A DNA stretch of 64,000 bases, from assembly GCA_965541585.1 (NCBI GenBank), contig CBEUCH010000004.1:1-64000 (forward strand), written 5' to 3'. This DNA is from an uncultured bacterium. Lineage in GTDB: Bacteria; Zixibacteria; MSB-5A5; UBA10806. The position numbers and the translations under genes are program-made. The notes under the pieces are model-generated. The model was not told the origin of the DNA, did no database searches, and was given only the letters and a program-made list of their open reading frames with translations. Numbering within the stretch: the stretch's first letter is position 1; every line of letters starts with the position of its first letter. Shown here piece after piece: positions 9,425 to 18,647 of this stretch.

Positions 9425-10264
9425 TTAGCGGATCCAGGCACGCGGCGGGCGTCTCATGCGACGTTCGCTGAAGTCTTTGTCCTCCAGGCCCAGGTTGTAT
9501 ACGACCGACTCGTATATAACTTCCGTCCGGTGTCCGGTTTTAACATTTTTCATGGTGCGCTTTGTCACAGTAGTAATGGTCTTATCCCCACCGCCTTCAC
9601 CAACGGTAATTTCTTCGACTTTGTCAGCTGTGAAGACGCGGAAAAGTTCGTCCTGGGCATCGAAGTACTCTTCCCTTAATGGAAGGAGTGTCTCCTTTGC
9701 GATCCAGGAAAATCGCCTGACATAATCCACGGATGCCTTTGGAGTACTTTGTATCACATAGCAGTCATTTTCTCCAAGCTTTTCCTCACGAAGGAGCGTG
9801 TGCGTGTCTGACTCCAGGTCGCGACCTGAAACATCCTCGTAGGTGAAGTCCGATCCCACAAAGCTGGAGCGTTTGTCATCAGCCGCAATGCGGCGGATTA
9901 AGTCGATAGCCGGAATGAATATCCAGCGGTCATCCTCCCGGGCGGGATACTTCCAGACCATAAATGTCATCTGGCGGATGTCGCCGGGCTCGTGAAAATA
10001 CATGAAATATTTCTGGTTACTGTCCTTCGCTTCGTTTCTTCGCAGCATCGTCATAACTCGAATTCTTTTGCCGCCATTTTTGTCTATAAGTTCCATGGTA
10101 ACACTGGTTTTCATGTCGTTACCCTGATAATAGAACGCGCGCTGAGACTGCTCCATAATCTGGGTGGCGGTGAATTGTACATTCTCCGCGGATGGAGTTT
10201 GGCCGGAAGCCAATCCCCAGGACAGTAGAGCCCAATATGCAAGAGCAAAGGATAATCGTCTCAT
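9425..10264 (-). CDS. Outer-membrane lipoprotein-sorting (LolA-like) protein
   Basis: Signal peptide; DDRWIFIPA..RRIA..SSFVGSDFTYED signature. Confidence 0.85.
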   Translation of the reverse strand: MRRLSFALAYWALLSWGLASGQTPSAENVQFTATQIMEQSQRAFYYQGNDMKTSVTMELIDKNGGKRIRVMTMLRRNEAKDSNQKYFMYFHEPGDIRQMTFMVWKYPAREDDRWIFIPAIDLIRRIAADDKRSSFVGSDFTYEDVSGRDLESDTHTLLREEKLGENDCYVIQSTPKASVDYVRRFSWIAKETLLPLREEYFDAQDELFRVFTADKVEEITVGEGGGDKTITTVTKRTMKNVKTGHRTEVIYESVVYNLGLEDKDFSERRMRRPPRAWIR

Positions 10265-10491
10265 TAGACAACCCCTTTCTTGATAGCTTCTATTTCTTCT
10301 TCACAGCTTTTCAGATTGCACATTCTAAGTATCGATTTCATTGGGCACCAGTTCGAGAAGGCAGATTGCAGCAGATTAAAACCAACGATCGCGGTGAACA
10401 AGAGCCACCAGGGAGAATGATAGTGGGCGAGGGCAACGGAAATCAGCACGAAGCTTCCTGCCACGCCCCTAAGGGCTTTCTCCAATTTCAT
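10264..10491 (-). CDS. DUF2892 (YgaP-like) small membrane protein
   Basis: LRGVAGSFVL..WWLLFTAIVGFNLLQSAFSNWCPM; overlaps both neighbours. Confidence 0.85.
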   Translation of the reverse strand: MKLEKALRGVAGSFVLISVALAHYHSPWWLLFTAIVGFNLLQSAFSNWCPMKSILRMCNLKSCEEEIEAIKKGVV

Positions 10492-12812
10492 AATTCACCT
10501 CCTTTCAAAATGCGCGTCCCGGCAAAGCGCAACGCTGCCGGGAGTAAAAACAGCGTTGATAGTGTACTAAATATCATGAGAAGGGCAAAGAAAAAACCCA
10601 CAGTTACGTAAGGTGTCAGGGACGAGGCAAGCAGCGGTAGAAATCCCAGGGAAATCACGATGGCGTTACGCGCGATGGCGCGTCCGGGCTCGCCGAACAT
10701 ATAACGATTTGTTTCTTCCAGGCTTCCCGAGTTAGCATAATGCATCCGGAAACGCTGGAGGAAATGGATAGCAAAATCGATTCCCAGGCCCAGAGAAAGA
10801 GAGGAGCAAACTGCTATGGGCATATCGTAGTCTTTGCCTACCCACCCCACTAATCCATAGGTCAGCAATATGGCTATGGAGAGAGGTATCATTGAAAGAA
10901 CACCTAAGACCAAGGAACGGAACTGAATCAACATAAGGAGGAATACTACGGCGAAGCTTCCCAGGATCGCTTTCAGCATTCCGAAAACCATGAGGTCCTG
11001 CCACACCTTATTGATATATGTGAGACCCGACCAGCTTAACGTGATACCATCAGGCGGAGGATTAATATTCACGAAGCCAGCGAGCCGGTCTTCCACATCC
11101 TGCATCTGCTGGTTGTCGCCTCCCTTCATCTGCACCCAGATATTGGCCTGTTGTGATTTACGATCAAGGAAAATGTCAAGGTCGTTCGGGTCTCCTGAAG
11201 ATTGGAACAAGAAGAGGAATTGCCCCACAGCCTCCCTGGAATCCGGTACCCGATTGTATCTTTCATCATTGTCGTGTAAAACAAAGTTGATTCGCTTGAC
11301 GATGTCTGCGACCGAGGATGTCTTTCCTATCAGTGGATCATCTTCCAGATATGCTTGTACGCGGTCAAGATAGGAAACGACTTCCGGCTTTTTGATTATC
11401 TCCGGTTCATCTCCTTCTATCACCAGGTAGGCCATGTAGGTGCCGCCAAAAAGACGGTTCATGACGACATCCGCCACCCGCATGGGGTGTCCTTTTTTGA
11501 ACCATTTGACCGGGTTATCGTTTATCTGAATTTGCCGCACTCCGAGGATTCCCATAATAAGCGCCAATAGACCGAGGATAAGTACTACTCGGGCACGAGA
11601 AAAGGTGAACCGGGCAATTAGTTGCAGGAATCGGTCGATAATAGATGAGCGACGACTTTCTTTTTGCAGAAGAACTTTCTTCAGTTTTTCGTCGCTCATA
11701 AGGCTGATAACTGCAGGAACTACGGTCATAGAGAGGAACCAGGCAACCATAATGCCGAATGCTACAAAGAGTCCAAATACGCGCACCGGGGGGATGTTTG
11801 CCAACGCAAGTGAGGCAAACCCAATAGCGGAGGTCAGCGATGTATAAAACATGGGCCGATAAAGGGGGCCTTTGCATTCCAACATAGCCTGGCGCTTGTC
11901 CCTGATGATACGGTATCGATCGAAGAAAGCGCTCAACACATGCACATCGTCCAGGATAGCGATCGGCATAAGGAAAACGGGGATCATTGAGCTCATTATG
12001 TGAACTGTATTCCCGGTGCCAATCAAAAGTCCCATGGCCCAGATAACTGAAAACATAGCGGTCATGGCGACCGGCACCAAAAAACCAACGCTGCGGAAGA
12101 GCAAAAACACAAGTAGTAAAATAACCATGAAAGCCAGAGGTGCTACTAATGCCATCTGGAGGAACATCTGGTGGCCAAAGGTGTCTTCTGCGACAGGCAG
12201 ACCAGCCAGATGATAGGTTTGATTTGGAAGAAGTTCACGCTTTAAAATAGTCTCGATCTCGGCGGCGATTCGGTAGCTCATATCCTTCTGTTGAATCGGG
12301 ATGTAAAGGGCCAGAGCCTTACCATCGGCCGACGCGATCTTCTCATGTAAAAAAGGATTATCGGCAATGTCTCGCTGGAGTTGTTCGATGGCCTCCGGGG
12401 TTCGAGGAACATCTCTCATTACCGGGTGAATATCGAGAAATCCTCCCGAGGATTTCACATTATTTGTGGTGGTTATACTCACCACATCCTCGATAATCAC
12501 TCCCTTGATCTTAATGACTTCCGATATAATCCGTGCCACCCGTTCCAGCGATTCAGAACGGAAAATACCGTTCTCGTCGACGATCCCCACAACGATCAGG
12601 TCGTGGATACCAAATTCCTCTTTGACACGGTCATAAAGAACACGGTCGATCTGATCGGGCTCGAGCATATTTTCAGGATCGGTGTCGATTTTGATACGCC
12701 CGAACTGAAGACCCAGCAATACTGTAATTAGAATCGCCAACGCGATCACAGTTTTTGGACGATCCAGGGCGAATATAGTAAGTTTTTCAATGGGAAATCT
12801 TTTCATTGACAA
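10488..12812 (-). CDS. MMPL/RND-family transporter
   Basis: Duplicated 1+5 TM topology with two periplasmic loops; IAILDDVH and LGIDFAIH motifs. Confidence 0.92.
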   Translation of the reverse strand: MSMKRFPIEKLTIFALDRPKTVIALAILITVLLGLQFGRIKIDTDPENMLEPDQIDRVLYDRVKEEFGIHDLIVVGIVDENGIFRSESLERVARIISEVIKIKGVIIEDVVSITTTNNVKSSGGFLDIHPVMRDVPRTPEAIEQLQRDIADNPFLHEKIASADGKALALYIPIQQKDMSYRIAAEIETILKRELLPNQTYHLAGLPVAEDTFGHQMFLQMALVAPLAFMVILLLVFLLFRSVGFLVPVAMTAMFSVIWAMGLLIGTGNTVHIMSSMIPVFLMPIAILDDVHVLSAFFDRYRIIRDKRQAMLECKGPLYRPMFYTSLTSAIGFASLALANIPPVRVFGLFVAFGIMVAWFLSMTVVPAVISLMSDEKLKKVLLQKESRRSSIIDRFLQLIARFTFSRARVVLILGLLALIMGILGVRQIQINDNPVKWFKKGHPMRVADVVMNRLFGGTYMAYLVIEGDEPEIIKKPEVVSYLDRVQAYLEDDPLIGKTSSVADIVKRINFVLHDNDERYNRVPDSREAVGQFLFLFQSSGDPNDLDIFLDRKSQQANIWVQMKGGDNQQMQDVEDRLAGFVNINPPPDGITLSWSGLTYINKVWQDLMVFGMLKAILGSFAVVFLLMLIQFRSLVLGVLSMIPLSIAILLTYGLVGWVGKDYDMPIAVCSSLSLGLGIDFAIHFLQRFRMHYANSGSLEETNRYMFGEPGRAIARNAIVISLGFLPLLASSLTPYVTVGFFFALLMIFSTLSTLFLLPAALRFAGTRILKGGEL

Positions 12813-12914
12813 CCTTCGTTTTCCTCAACGGTTTGGGGAGTCTTGTTGTTGTTTCATTCAGCAGTTCACAGTATTGGCTTTATCACCCGACATGGCCGAT
12901 CGCACCATTGGGCA

Positions 12915-13067
12915 TGTCCCGCCCCCAATAGTTATACGACATTTTATGTAAGTCTTGCCATAGCAAAAGTCAAGTTTGTTTGAGGTTGGAGGGATTCAGG
13001 TGCGGGAGCCACATCCTGGGGCGCCGGGCAGCCTCGACAACAATAAGACAACAACGAGTTGTATATC
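12915..13067 (+). repeat. Dispersed repeat type B, copy 1 (IS3-like end + transposase tail)
   Basis: TGTCCCGCCCCCAATAG...GCCATAGCAAAAGTCAAGTTTG...GACAACAATAAGACAACAACGAG. Minus strand encodes APAPESLQPQTNLTFAMARLT*. Confidence 0.85.
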
Positions 13068-13209
13068 GTCGGCGAAGCCAGACGAGGATATCATTGAGCG
13101 ACATTGTCTTTAGTGCTGATTTTGAGTTGATTTATTGACAGCGGTCTCTTATTATTTTACCGGTTCTGTTAAAAAGGTTTTGACGACGTACACCGTGGAA
13201 AGGAAGCAA

Positions 13210-13641
13210 ATGGGATTAGATCTGAACACATTAAACAGGACTACGCACAATAAACTCGCGGGCGTCATTCGGATAATTATAGGCGGCATGTTTGTGATGA
13301 CCGGCATTATGAAGCTGGTAGTACCATCACTGGGTATTGCGTTTGCAGGGCAATTGCAATCGGCGAACATTCCGTTTCATGGGTTCAATATGTGGTTTGT
13401 TCCCAGCATGGAGATGTTCGTTGGAGTGCTTTTGTCCGCAGGACTGATGTCTCGCCTCGGGGCACTTGTGGTTATTGGTTTGATGGCTGTGGCGACGTAC
13501 GTCCATTTGGTTGTTGATGACCCCACCCTTTTTCCACTTCAGCCAGAACTGCCGATCGTTCCAATAGTGGTGATCGTCCTAAGTGTCTACTTATTGATCG
13601 TTGGCGGCGGTGCCTGGAGCAGAGACTTGCGGAATTCATAG
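13210..13641 (+). CDS. DoxX-family membrane protein
   Basis: RIIIGGMFVMTGIMK..EMFVGVLL..GLMSRLGA..GGGAWS; 4 TM segments. Confidence 0.85.
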   Translation: MGLDLNTLNRTTHNKLAGVIRIIIGGMFVMTGIMKLVVPSLGIAFAGQLQSANIPFHGFNMWFVPSMEMFVGVLLSAGLMSRLGALVVIGLMAVATYVHLVVDDPTLFPLQPELPIVPIVVIVLSVYLLIVGGGAWSRDLRNS

Positions 13642-13645
13642 AACA

Positions 13646-13696
13646 CGTAAGCTTCCCTGCACCAGGGATCTCACGCTTGATCACGAACTTCGGCAT
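13646..13696 (-). pseudogene. 5' stub of a DUF4242-like gene
   Basis: AAAGGAGA RBS + MPKFVIKREIPGAGKLT, typical of DUF4242 N-termini; recognisable similarity ends next to the doxX stop. Confidence 0.55.
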
Positions 13697-13852
13697 TCTG
13701 TTTCTCCTTTTCTTTGAAAGCTTTGGTTATTAATGGAACTCCACCAACAGATCAAGAGGCTACAAATATAACCACCCCAACGAATGCAGTCAATAATAAT
13801 ATAGACTACAAAAGTCCACAATAGACTGTCAGCTTGTGTGACCAAGTTGTGT

Positions 13853-14043
13853 TGTCCTGCCCCCAATAGTTGTACCACATTTTAAGTTAGTCCTGCCATA
13901 GCGAAAGTCAAGTTTGATTGAAGTTGGATGGTTTCAGGTGGGGGAGATGTATCCTGGGCGCCGAGTAGCCGCGACAACAACGAGTGGTATATCTGTGGTG
14001 CTTTCTGGTGTTCTCTGGTGTCGAAAAGTGTAGGTCGGATTCG
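13853..14043 (+). repeat. Dispersed repeat type B, copy 2
   Basis: TGTCCTGCCCCCAATAGTTGTACCACATTTTAAGTTAGTCCTGCCATAGCGAAAGTCAAG...GCCGCGACAACAACGAGTGGTATATCTGTGG... Confidence 0.88.
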
Positions 14044-14214
14044 GTGTAATTCCTTGCGAGCCGGCGCAATAGACCTTCTTTCAAGGACTTACGGCGATTC
14101 ATAGGAGACACGATTTGGGCTGCGGTAACAATACGGTAACATTGTGAAGGAAAAAAAGACTGCTCCTGTTTCCCCAAACTATTAAAATTTTCGCAAAAAA
14201 ATCCCATTTTATAC

Positions 14215-14242
14215 TTGACAAGATAAATTTTAAAAGTATATT
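14215..14242 (+). promoter_or_regulatory. Sigma70-type promoter of trmB-like gene
   Basis: TTGACA-N16-TATATT, followed by a GTAATT-N6-AATTAC palindrome (14252-14269). Confidence 0.6.
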
Positions 14243-14260
14243 ATTGCAGTAGTAATTATA

Positions 14261-15160
14261 ATGAATTACAACAACACTACAGGAGTTAGTGTGGACAATG
14301 CCATCACTATCAGAAGGCTTAGAGAATTAGGCTTAACCGACCATGAATCAAGAAGTTATTTGTCTCTATTGAAAAAAGATGTTTTGACAGTTTCTGAAAT
14401 CTCAAGGTTAGCGGGAATTCCTCGTGCCAACACTTATGAGGCCCTCGAGAAATTATTGGATAAAGGGTTATGTATATCGAAACCCGGGAAAGTAAAAAAA
14501 TATTCTGCTGCCGGTCCATCAAGTCTTGAAGAGAAAGTTCTTCCGGAGTTTGACAATAAAGCAGAAATAGAGATGCAAGCTTTATTGACTAAAAGGAAAG
14601 CTATCCATGAGAATGTTGGAATTTTGGTAAAGGAATTGACTCCTCTTTATAGAAATAGTCGCAATGAAGACACCCCCCTCGATTACATCGAGATCATGAA
14701 AAACCCGCATCAGATTCATAAAAGGTTCATAGAGTTGGTGGGCAAAGCTAAAGAGGAGATACTTGCTTTCGTAAGACCTCCTTATTCCGGCCCCAGGAAA
14801 AAGCTTGAAGAGCAAAACGAGCAGCAGACAACTTTGCTCCGTGGGGGGTTAATTATTAAGGCCATTTATGAGATTCCCCGAGACAAGGAAGAAATGGAAT
14901 GGCGGTATAAAATTATAGACAGAATGAGCAAGCGTGGGGAAGAGTCGCGCGTTTCTAAAAGCCTACCGATGAAAATGTTTGTCTTTGATGAGAAAATCGC
15001 CATGTATGCGTTAGAGGATCCTATTTCCGGGGAGACATTTCTTACCATGCAGGTTGTCGAGCACCGCGCTTTGGCCAAAAGCCTTAAGATGCTTTTTTAT
15101 CATATATGGGAGCAGGCCGAAGATTACCATATTCTGAAGGATTTATTGAAAAAAATGTAA
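14261..15160 (+). CDS. TrmB-family transcriptional regulator
   Basis: LGLTDHESRSYLSLL..EISRLAGIPRANTYEALEKLLDKGL wHTH; C-terminal AKEEI..MKMFVFD effector domain. Confidence 0.9.
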   Translation: MNYNNTTGVSVDNAITIRRLRELGLTDHESRSYLSLLKKDVLTVSEISRLAGIPRANTYEALEKLLDKGLCISKPGKVKKYSAAGPSSLEEKVLPEFDNKAEIEMQALLTKRKAIHENVGILVKELTPLYRNSRNEDTPLDYIEIMKNPHQIHKRFIELVGKAKEEILAFVRPPYSGPRKKLEEQNEQQTTLLRGGLIIKAIYEIPRDKEEMEWRYKIIDRMSKRGEESRVSKSLPMKMFVFDEKIAMYALEDPISGETFLTMQVVEHRALAKSLKMLFYHIWEQAEDYHILKDLLKKM

Positions 15161-15169
15161 TTAGGAATT

Positions 15170-15249
15170 AAAAAAATGAACCGCCAAGAGTGAAGTCTTG
15201 ACGGCCCGGCAAATGGGTCCCTTATGCTACGACGCTTAAAAGAAACCCG
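15170..15249 (-). ncRNA. Candidate ~80-nt small RNA
   Basis: Minus-strand TTGACA-N17-CAAGAT (15283-15255), a 9-bp hairpin, then a 12-bp hairpin + ATTTTTTT terminator. Confidence 0.35.
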
Positions 15250-15428
15250 GCAACATCTTGAGTATCTTCTATAGGGATGTCAAGAAGAAATTAAAATAAA
15301 CTCACATGTTAAGATGGAAAATCAGGCAAGGCATATGCGGTAAATTACGTATGGAAGTGTTAATTAAAGACACATAACTTAAAAAATGTAAAGAAATTTA
15401 ACTCCAAAGCATTAATAGAGGAGAGGCG

Positions 15429-18400
15429 ATGAGAAAAACTTTATTGTTAACGGCAGTTATTATACTGGTGGCAGGCATAATGATTGCCTGGGCCGGTAAG
15501 GAAGATGGAGTTAAATCATCAAAAAAAGGTATTCCAACAGATGAACTTATCACAAACATAGCTCCGGATCAGGTATTACAGACTAAAATAGCTGCCGAAG
15601 AAGCCAAACTTTACGAAAAAGAACAAGCTGAATCAGCCCGGAAAGAAGCGCTTCTGGCCACTGAACCCAAACGTGTGGGTGTGTCTGCTTCTAATGTTGA
15701 TCCTGATCCATCGGCAAGGCTTTCCGACCAGGAAAAGCCGGCCAATGAGGCCGAGGCAACGAAATCCGGCGGTGAGCCCCCGGTTATTCTGGATACCGAG
15801 GTTGTTGAGTGCCCTGAAGGCGCGACTCCCGAAGGTGAAGGCTGCGGTAATGACACCAACGGCGGCTGCAACTCCAATCCTCCGGCATTTGGTTCGATTG
15901 ATTGCGGGGAGACAATCTGCGGCTCCGCTTTTGCAACCGGTTCTCTCAGAGATACCGACTGGTACAGGGTCAACATTACCGAACCGCGATATATCACAAT
16001 CACCGCTTGCGCCGATTTCCCGTTTTTGTTTGGCACGATTTGGCAAACCGGTCCCGATGATTGCGATGACTTGAGCTCTGTAGAACCTTTCGCCTACGGC
16101 GAGGCCGGTGATACTGTCAGTATAACTACGGCTCAACCTTTGTTTCCAGGGTGGCCAACTTTCGTATTTGTTGCTCCAGAAAGTTGGAGTCTCATTTCTC
16201 CATGTGATCAGGGCGACACCACTTACTGGGTGTCGGTAACATGTGAGACGACGGATCCAGGCGCCTGCTGTTACGTTAACCCCGATCCGACCTGTGACAA
16301 CCTGAGCCATGTTGACTGTGACGCTCTTGGAGGACTGTGGACTGAAGGCACCGACTGCGCTTCATTTGAATGTCCGCCTCCCCCGGCTAACGACCTCTGC
16401 GTAAATGCCCAGGAGGTTGGGATTCCGTCATCGACTCCGGGTACTACAATTCTGGCAACCGGCGATGACACTGAACTTTGCGGAACCGATGGTAACTCTT
16501 ATCCGGGCGTATGGTACAGTATCATAGGCAACGGCAAAGAAGTTACCATTTCGACATGTAATACTGGTATGGACTGGGATACCAAGATTCAGGTCTGGTG
16601 TCATGACTGTGATTATCCGGTTTGTGTCGGCGGTAATGATGATGACTGTATCGCCTATTCTTACGCAAGTACTGTTACTTTTTGTACGGAAAGAAATGTA
16701 GAGTATTTGATTCTGGTTTACCCGTATGAGATTAATTCCGGCGGCGACTTCACGCTTGATATCACAAGGGGGCAGAATTGCTCAAACCCGCCTGATTGCT
16801 CCACGCCTCTTGGCGCTTGCTGCTATGGTGATAGGCTTAATCCCTTCTGTGACGATGCTTCCGGAGCAGGAATATCCGAAGAGGAATGTTATACTCAGCA
16901 TACCGATGTATTAAGCTGGACCGAAGGCGCGTTGTGCTCTGATCAGCCGACACCTTGCCCGCCAGCTTGTACCGTCGAGTGCCCGGTTAATAGTACCCCC
17001 GAGGCTGAGGCTTGCGGGCAGAACCTAAACGACGGCTGCAACGCCGATCCATACCCACCATATCCGGAATCATTCGAGCTGATAGCTTGCGAAGATACCA
17101 TCTGTGGTACTGCGAGGTCAAGTTCGTCTAGTAGAGACACCGACTGGTATAGAATTACGACCGACACCAGCAAAATTATTACGATTACCGCTGCGGCCGA
17201 ATTCCCTCTGCGGGTAGCCTTTTTCTATCAAATCGATTCTGTCAACTGTACCAACCTTTCATTCATATACCAGGACGTCGATGAATGCGATACCAATATT
17301 GTAGAATATGAGGTTCCGGGTTCTGGTGAATACTGGGTTTGGATTGGCCCGAGCGGCTATTATGATACGCCCTGCGACGAAACCGGCGAATATTTTGTCG
17401 ACTACTGGTTTACCGTAGACTGTGAAGATCCGCCACTGGGCGCTTGCTGTGATGACCAGACAAGTAATTGTACTGATAACATTTCAGAACTTGACTGTCA
17501 GGCTCCATTACGCTGGACTGTCAACACGATTTGCGCAGACCTGCCGCGCGAATGCGGCTTTGTTTTCTGTGAAGATGCAATCTACTCCAACGGCGAACCT
17601 GCACAGCCCACTAGTTGGGACTACTCCCAATGTGACCCTTGGCGTCTGCCGCCTTATGCGCCTCTGAATGCCGCTAGAGCTGATGACTTCGAACTCCAGG
17701 GAACCGATTCTGTTACGATCACCGGTATAGCCTCATGGGTTAAATTTTATCGTCCCGGGCATCCCGATAGTATCCATACTCCCGCGGATTTCGGCGGTAT
17801 TAATGTAACCATCTATGCAACCGACCCCGTTGATGGCGCTCCTGGCGGGCAACCATTAGATTCGGCACATTATGATTGTTCTCATCTGGACAACATGGGA
17901 GGCGCCGGTATTATCGATACGGTATATCTCGCGCAGGGCGAATATACTTATACCGATCAGTCAGCCATTTACGGTTTTGATACCTCCTTCGGTACCGGCT
18001 GCTGGAGGCTTGAACTGCCAGTGAACATCACTGTAAATACGAATACCAAGTACTGGCTGGAAGTCCAACCCGTAATGTCCTTCGACCTTTCTGGTTATAC
18101 CGGCACGCTTCCTTCTGTCGAGCAGCATGGCGATTTATCAATGATGATATATCCGCTATGGAATATAAATGATTGGACAACAATGGAAGTTGATAATGCG
18201 TTCTGCCTCTTTGCCGACCCGGTTCCGGATTCCGGCGCATGTTGCTTAACCGATAGTACTTGTCAGGAAATGACCGAAGCAGATTGCATATCGGGCGGTC
18301 ATGTTTGGCTGGGCGCTGAGACCGTCTGCCTTGGAGATAACAACGGCAACGGAATTGATGATGCATGTGAATTGCAGGAAATCCCCACCCTCTCCGAATG

Positions 18401-18488
18401 GGGTGTGATCATCCTGGCGCTGTTGCTGTTGGCTTCGGGCACGGTTGCGGTAATTCGCAGACGTAGAGTCGTTGCTATTAGCAAATAG
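15429..18488 (+). CDS. Cys-rich secreted surface protein with IPTL-CTERM sorting signal
   Basis: Signal peptide; duplicated ECP..CG..N.GCN..C..TICG..RDTDWYR modules; four GACC motifs; IPTLSEWG-TM-RRRR tail. Confidence 0.85.
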   Translation: MRKTLLLTAVIILVAGIMIAWAGKEDGVKSSKKGIPTDELITNIAPDQVLQTKIAAEEAKLYEKEQAESARKEALLATEPKRVGVSASNVDPDPSARLSDQEKPANEAEATKSGGEPPVILDTEVVECPEGATPEGEGCGNDTNGGCNSNPPAFGSIDCGETICGSAFATGSLRDTDWYRVNITEPRYITITACADFPFLFGTIWQTGPDDCDDLSSVEPFAYGEAGDTVSITTAQPLFPGWPTFVFVAPESWSLISPCDQGDTTYWVSVTCETTDPGACCYVNPDPTCDNLSHVDCDALGGLWTEGTDCASFECPPPPANDLCVNAQEVGIPSSTPGTTILATGDDTELCGTDGNSYPGVWYSIIGNGKEVTISTCNTGMDWDTKIQVWCHDCDYPVCVGGNDDDCIAYSYASTVTFCTERNVEYLILVYPYEINSGGDFTLDITRGQNCSNPPDCSTPLGACCYGDRLNPFCDDASGAGISEEECYTQHTDVLSWTEGALCSDQPTPCPPACTVECPVNSTPEAEACGQNLNDGCNADPYPPYPESFELIACEDTICGTARSSSSSRDTDWYRITTDTSKIITITAAAEFPLRVAFFYQIDSVNCTNLSFIYQDVDECDTNIVEYEVPGSGEYWVWIGPSGYYDTPCDETGEYFVDYWFTVDCEDPPLGACCDDQTSNCTDNISELDCQAPLRWTVNTICADLPRECGFVFCEDAIYSNGEPAQPTSWDYSQCDPWRLPPYAPLNAARADDFELQGTDSVTITGIASWVKFYRPGHPDSIHTPADFGGINVTIYATDPVDGAPGGQPLDSAHYDCSHLDNMGGAGIIDTVYLAQGEYTYTDQSAIYGFDTSFGTGCWRLELPVNITVNTNTKYWLEVQPVMSFDLSGYTGTLPSVEQHGDLSMMIYPLWNINDWTTMEVDNAFCLFADPVPDSGACCLTDSTCQEMTEADCISGGHVWLGAETVCLGDNNGNGIDDACELQEIPTLSEWGVIILALLLLASGTVAVIRRRRVVAISK

Positions 18489-18512
18489 CATCACCGAAAG
18501 AATTTTTATTCA

Positions 18513-18534
18513 AAGGAGGTCTTCGGGCCTCCTT
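18513..18534 (+). terminator. Terminator-like hairpin with cUUCGg loop
   Basis: AAGGAGGTC-TTCG-GGCCTCCTT 25 nt after the stop; weak U-tract. Confidence 0.55.
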
Positions 18535-18545
18535 AAATATTTGCA

Positions 18546-18631
18546 CCGCGACAACAATACGATAACATGAAAAGGCTGCTCGGGGAGTATGTTGACAATA
18601 AATTTCCTTGACCGATTTAAGGGACAGGTCA
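18546..18631 (+). repeat. Dispersed repeat type A, copy 2
   Basis: CCGCGACAACAATACGATAACATGAAAAGGCTGCTCGGGGAGTATGTTGACAATAAATTTCCTTGACCGATTTAAGGGACAGGTCA. Confidence 0.88.
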
Positions 18632-18647
18632 GTAGGTTACCCAGTCG

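Noticed and set aside
13681..14207. ORFs 13681-13878 and 13908-14207
   Set aside because: They read through repeat B2 (IS end sequence) and are not credible proteins.
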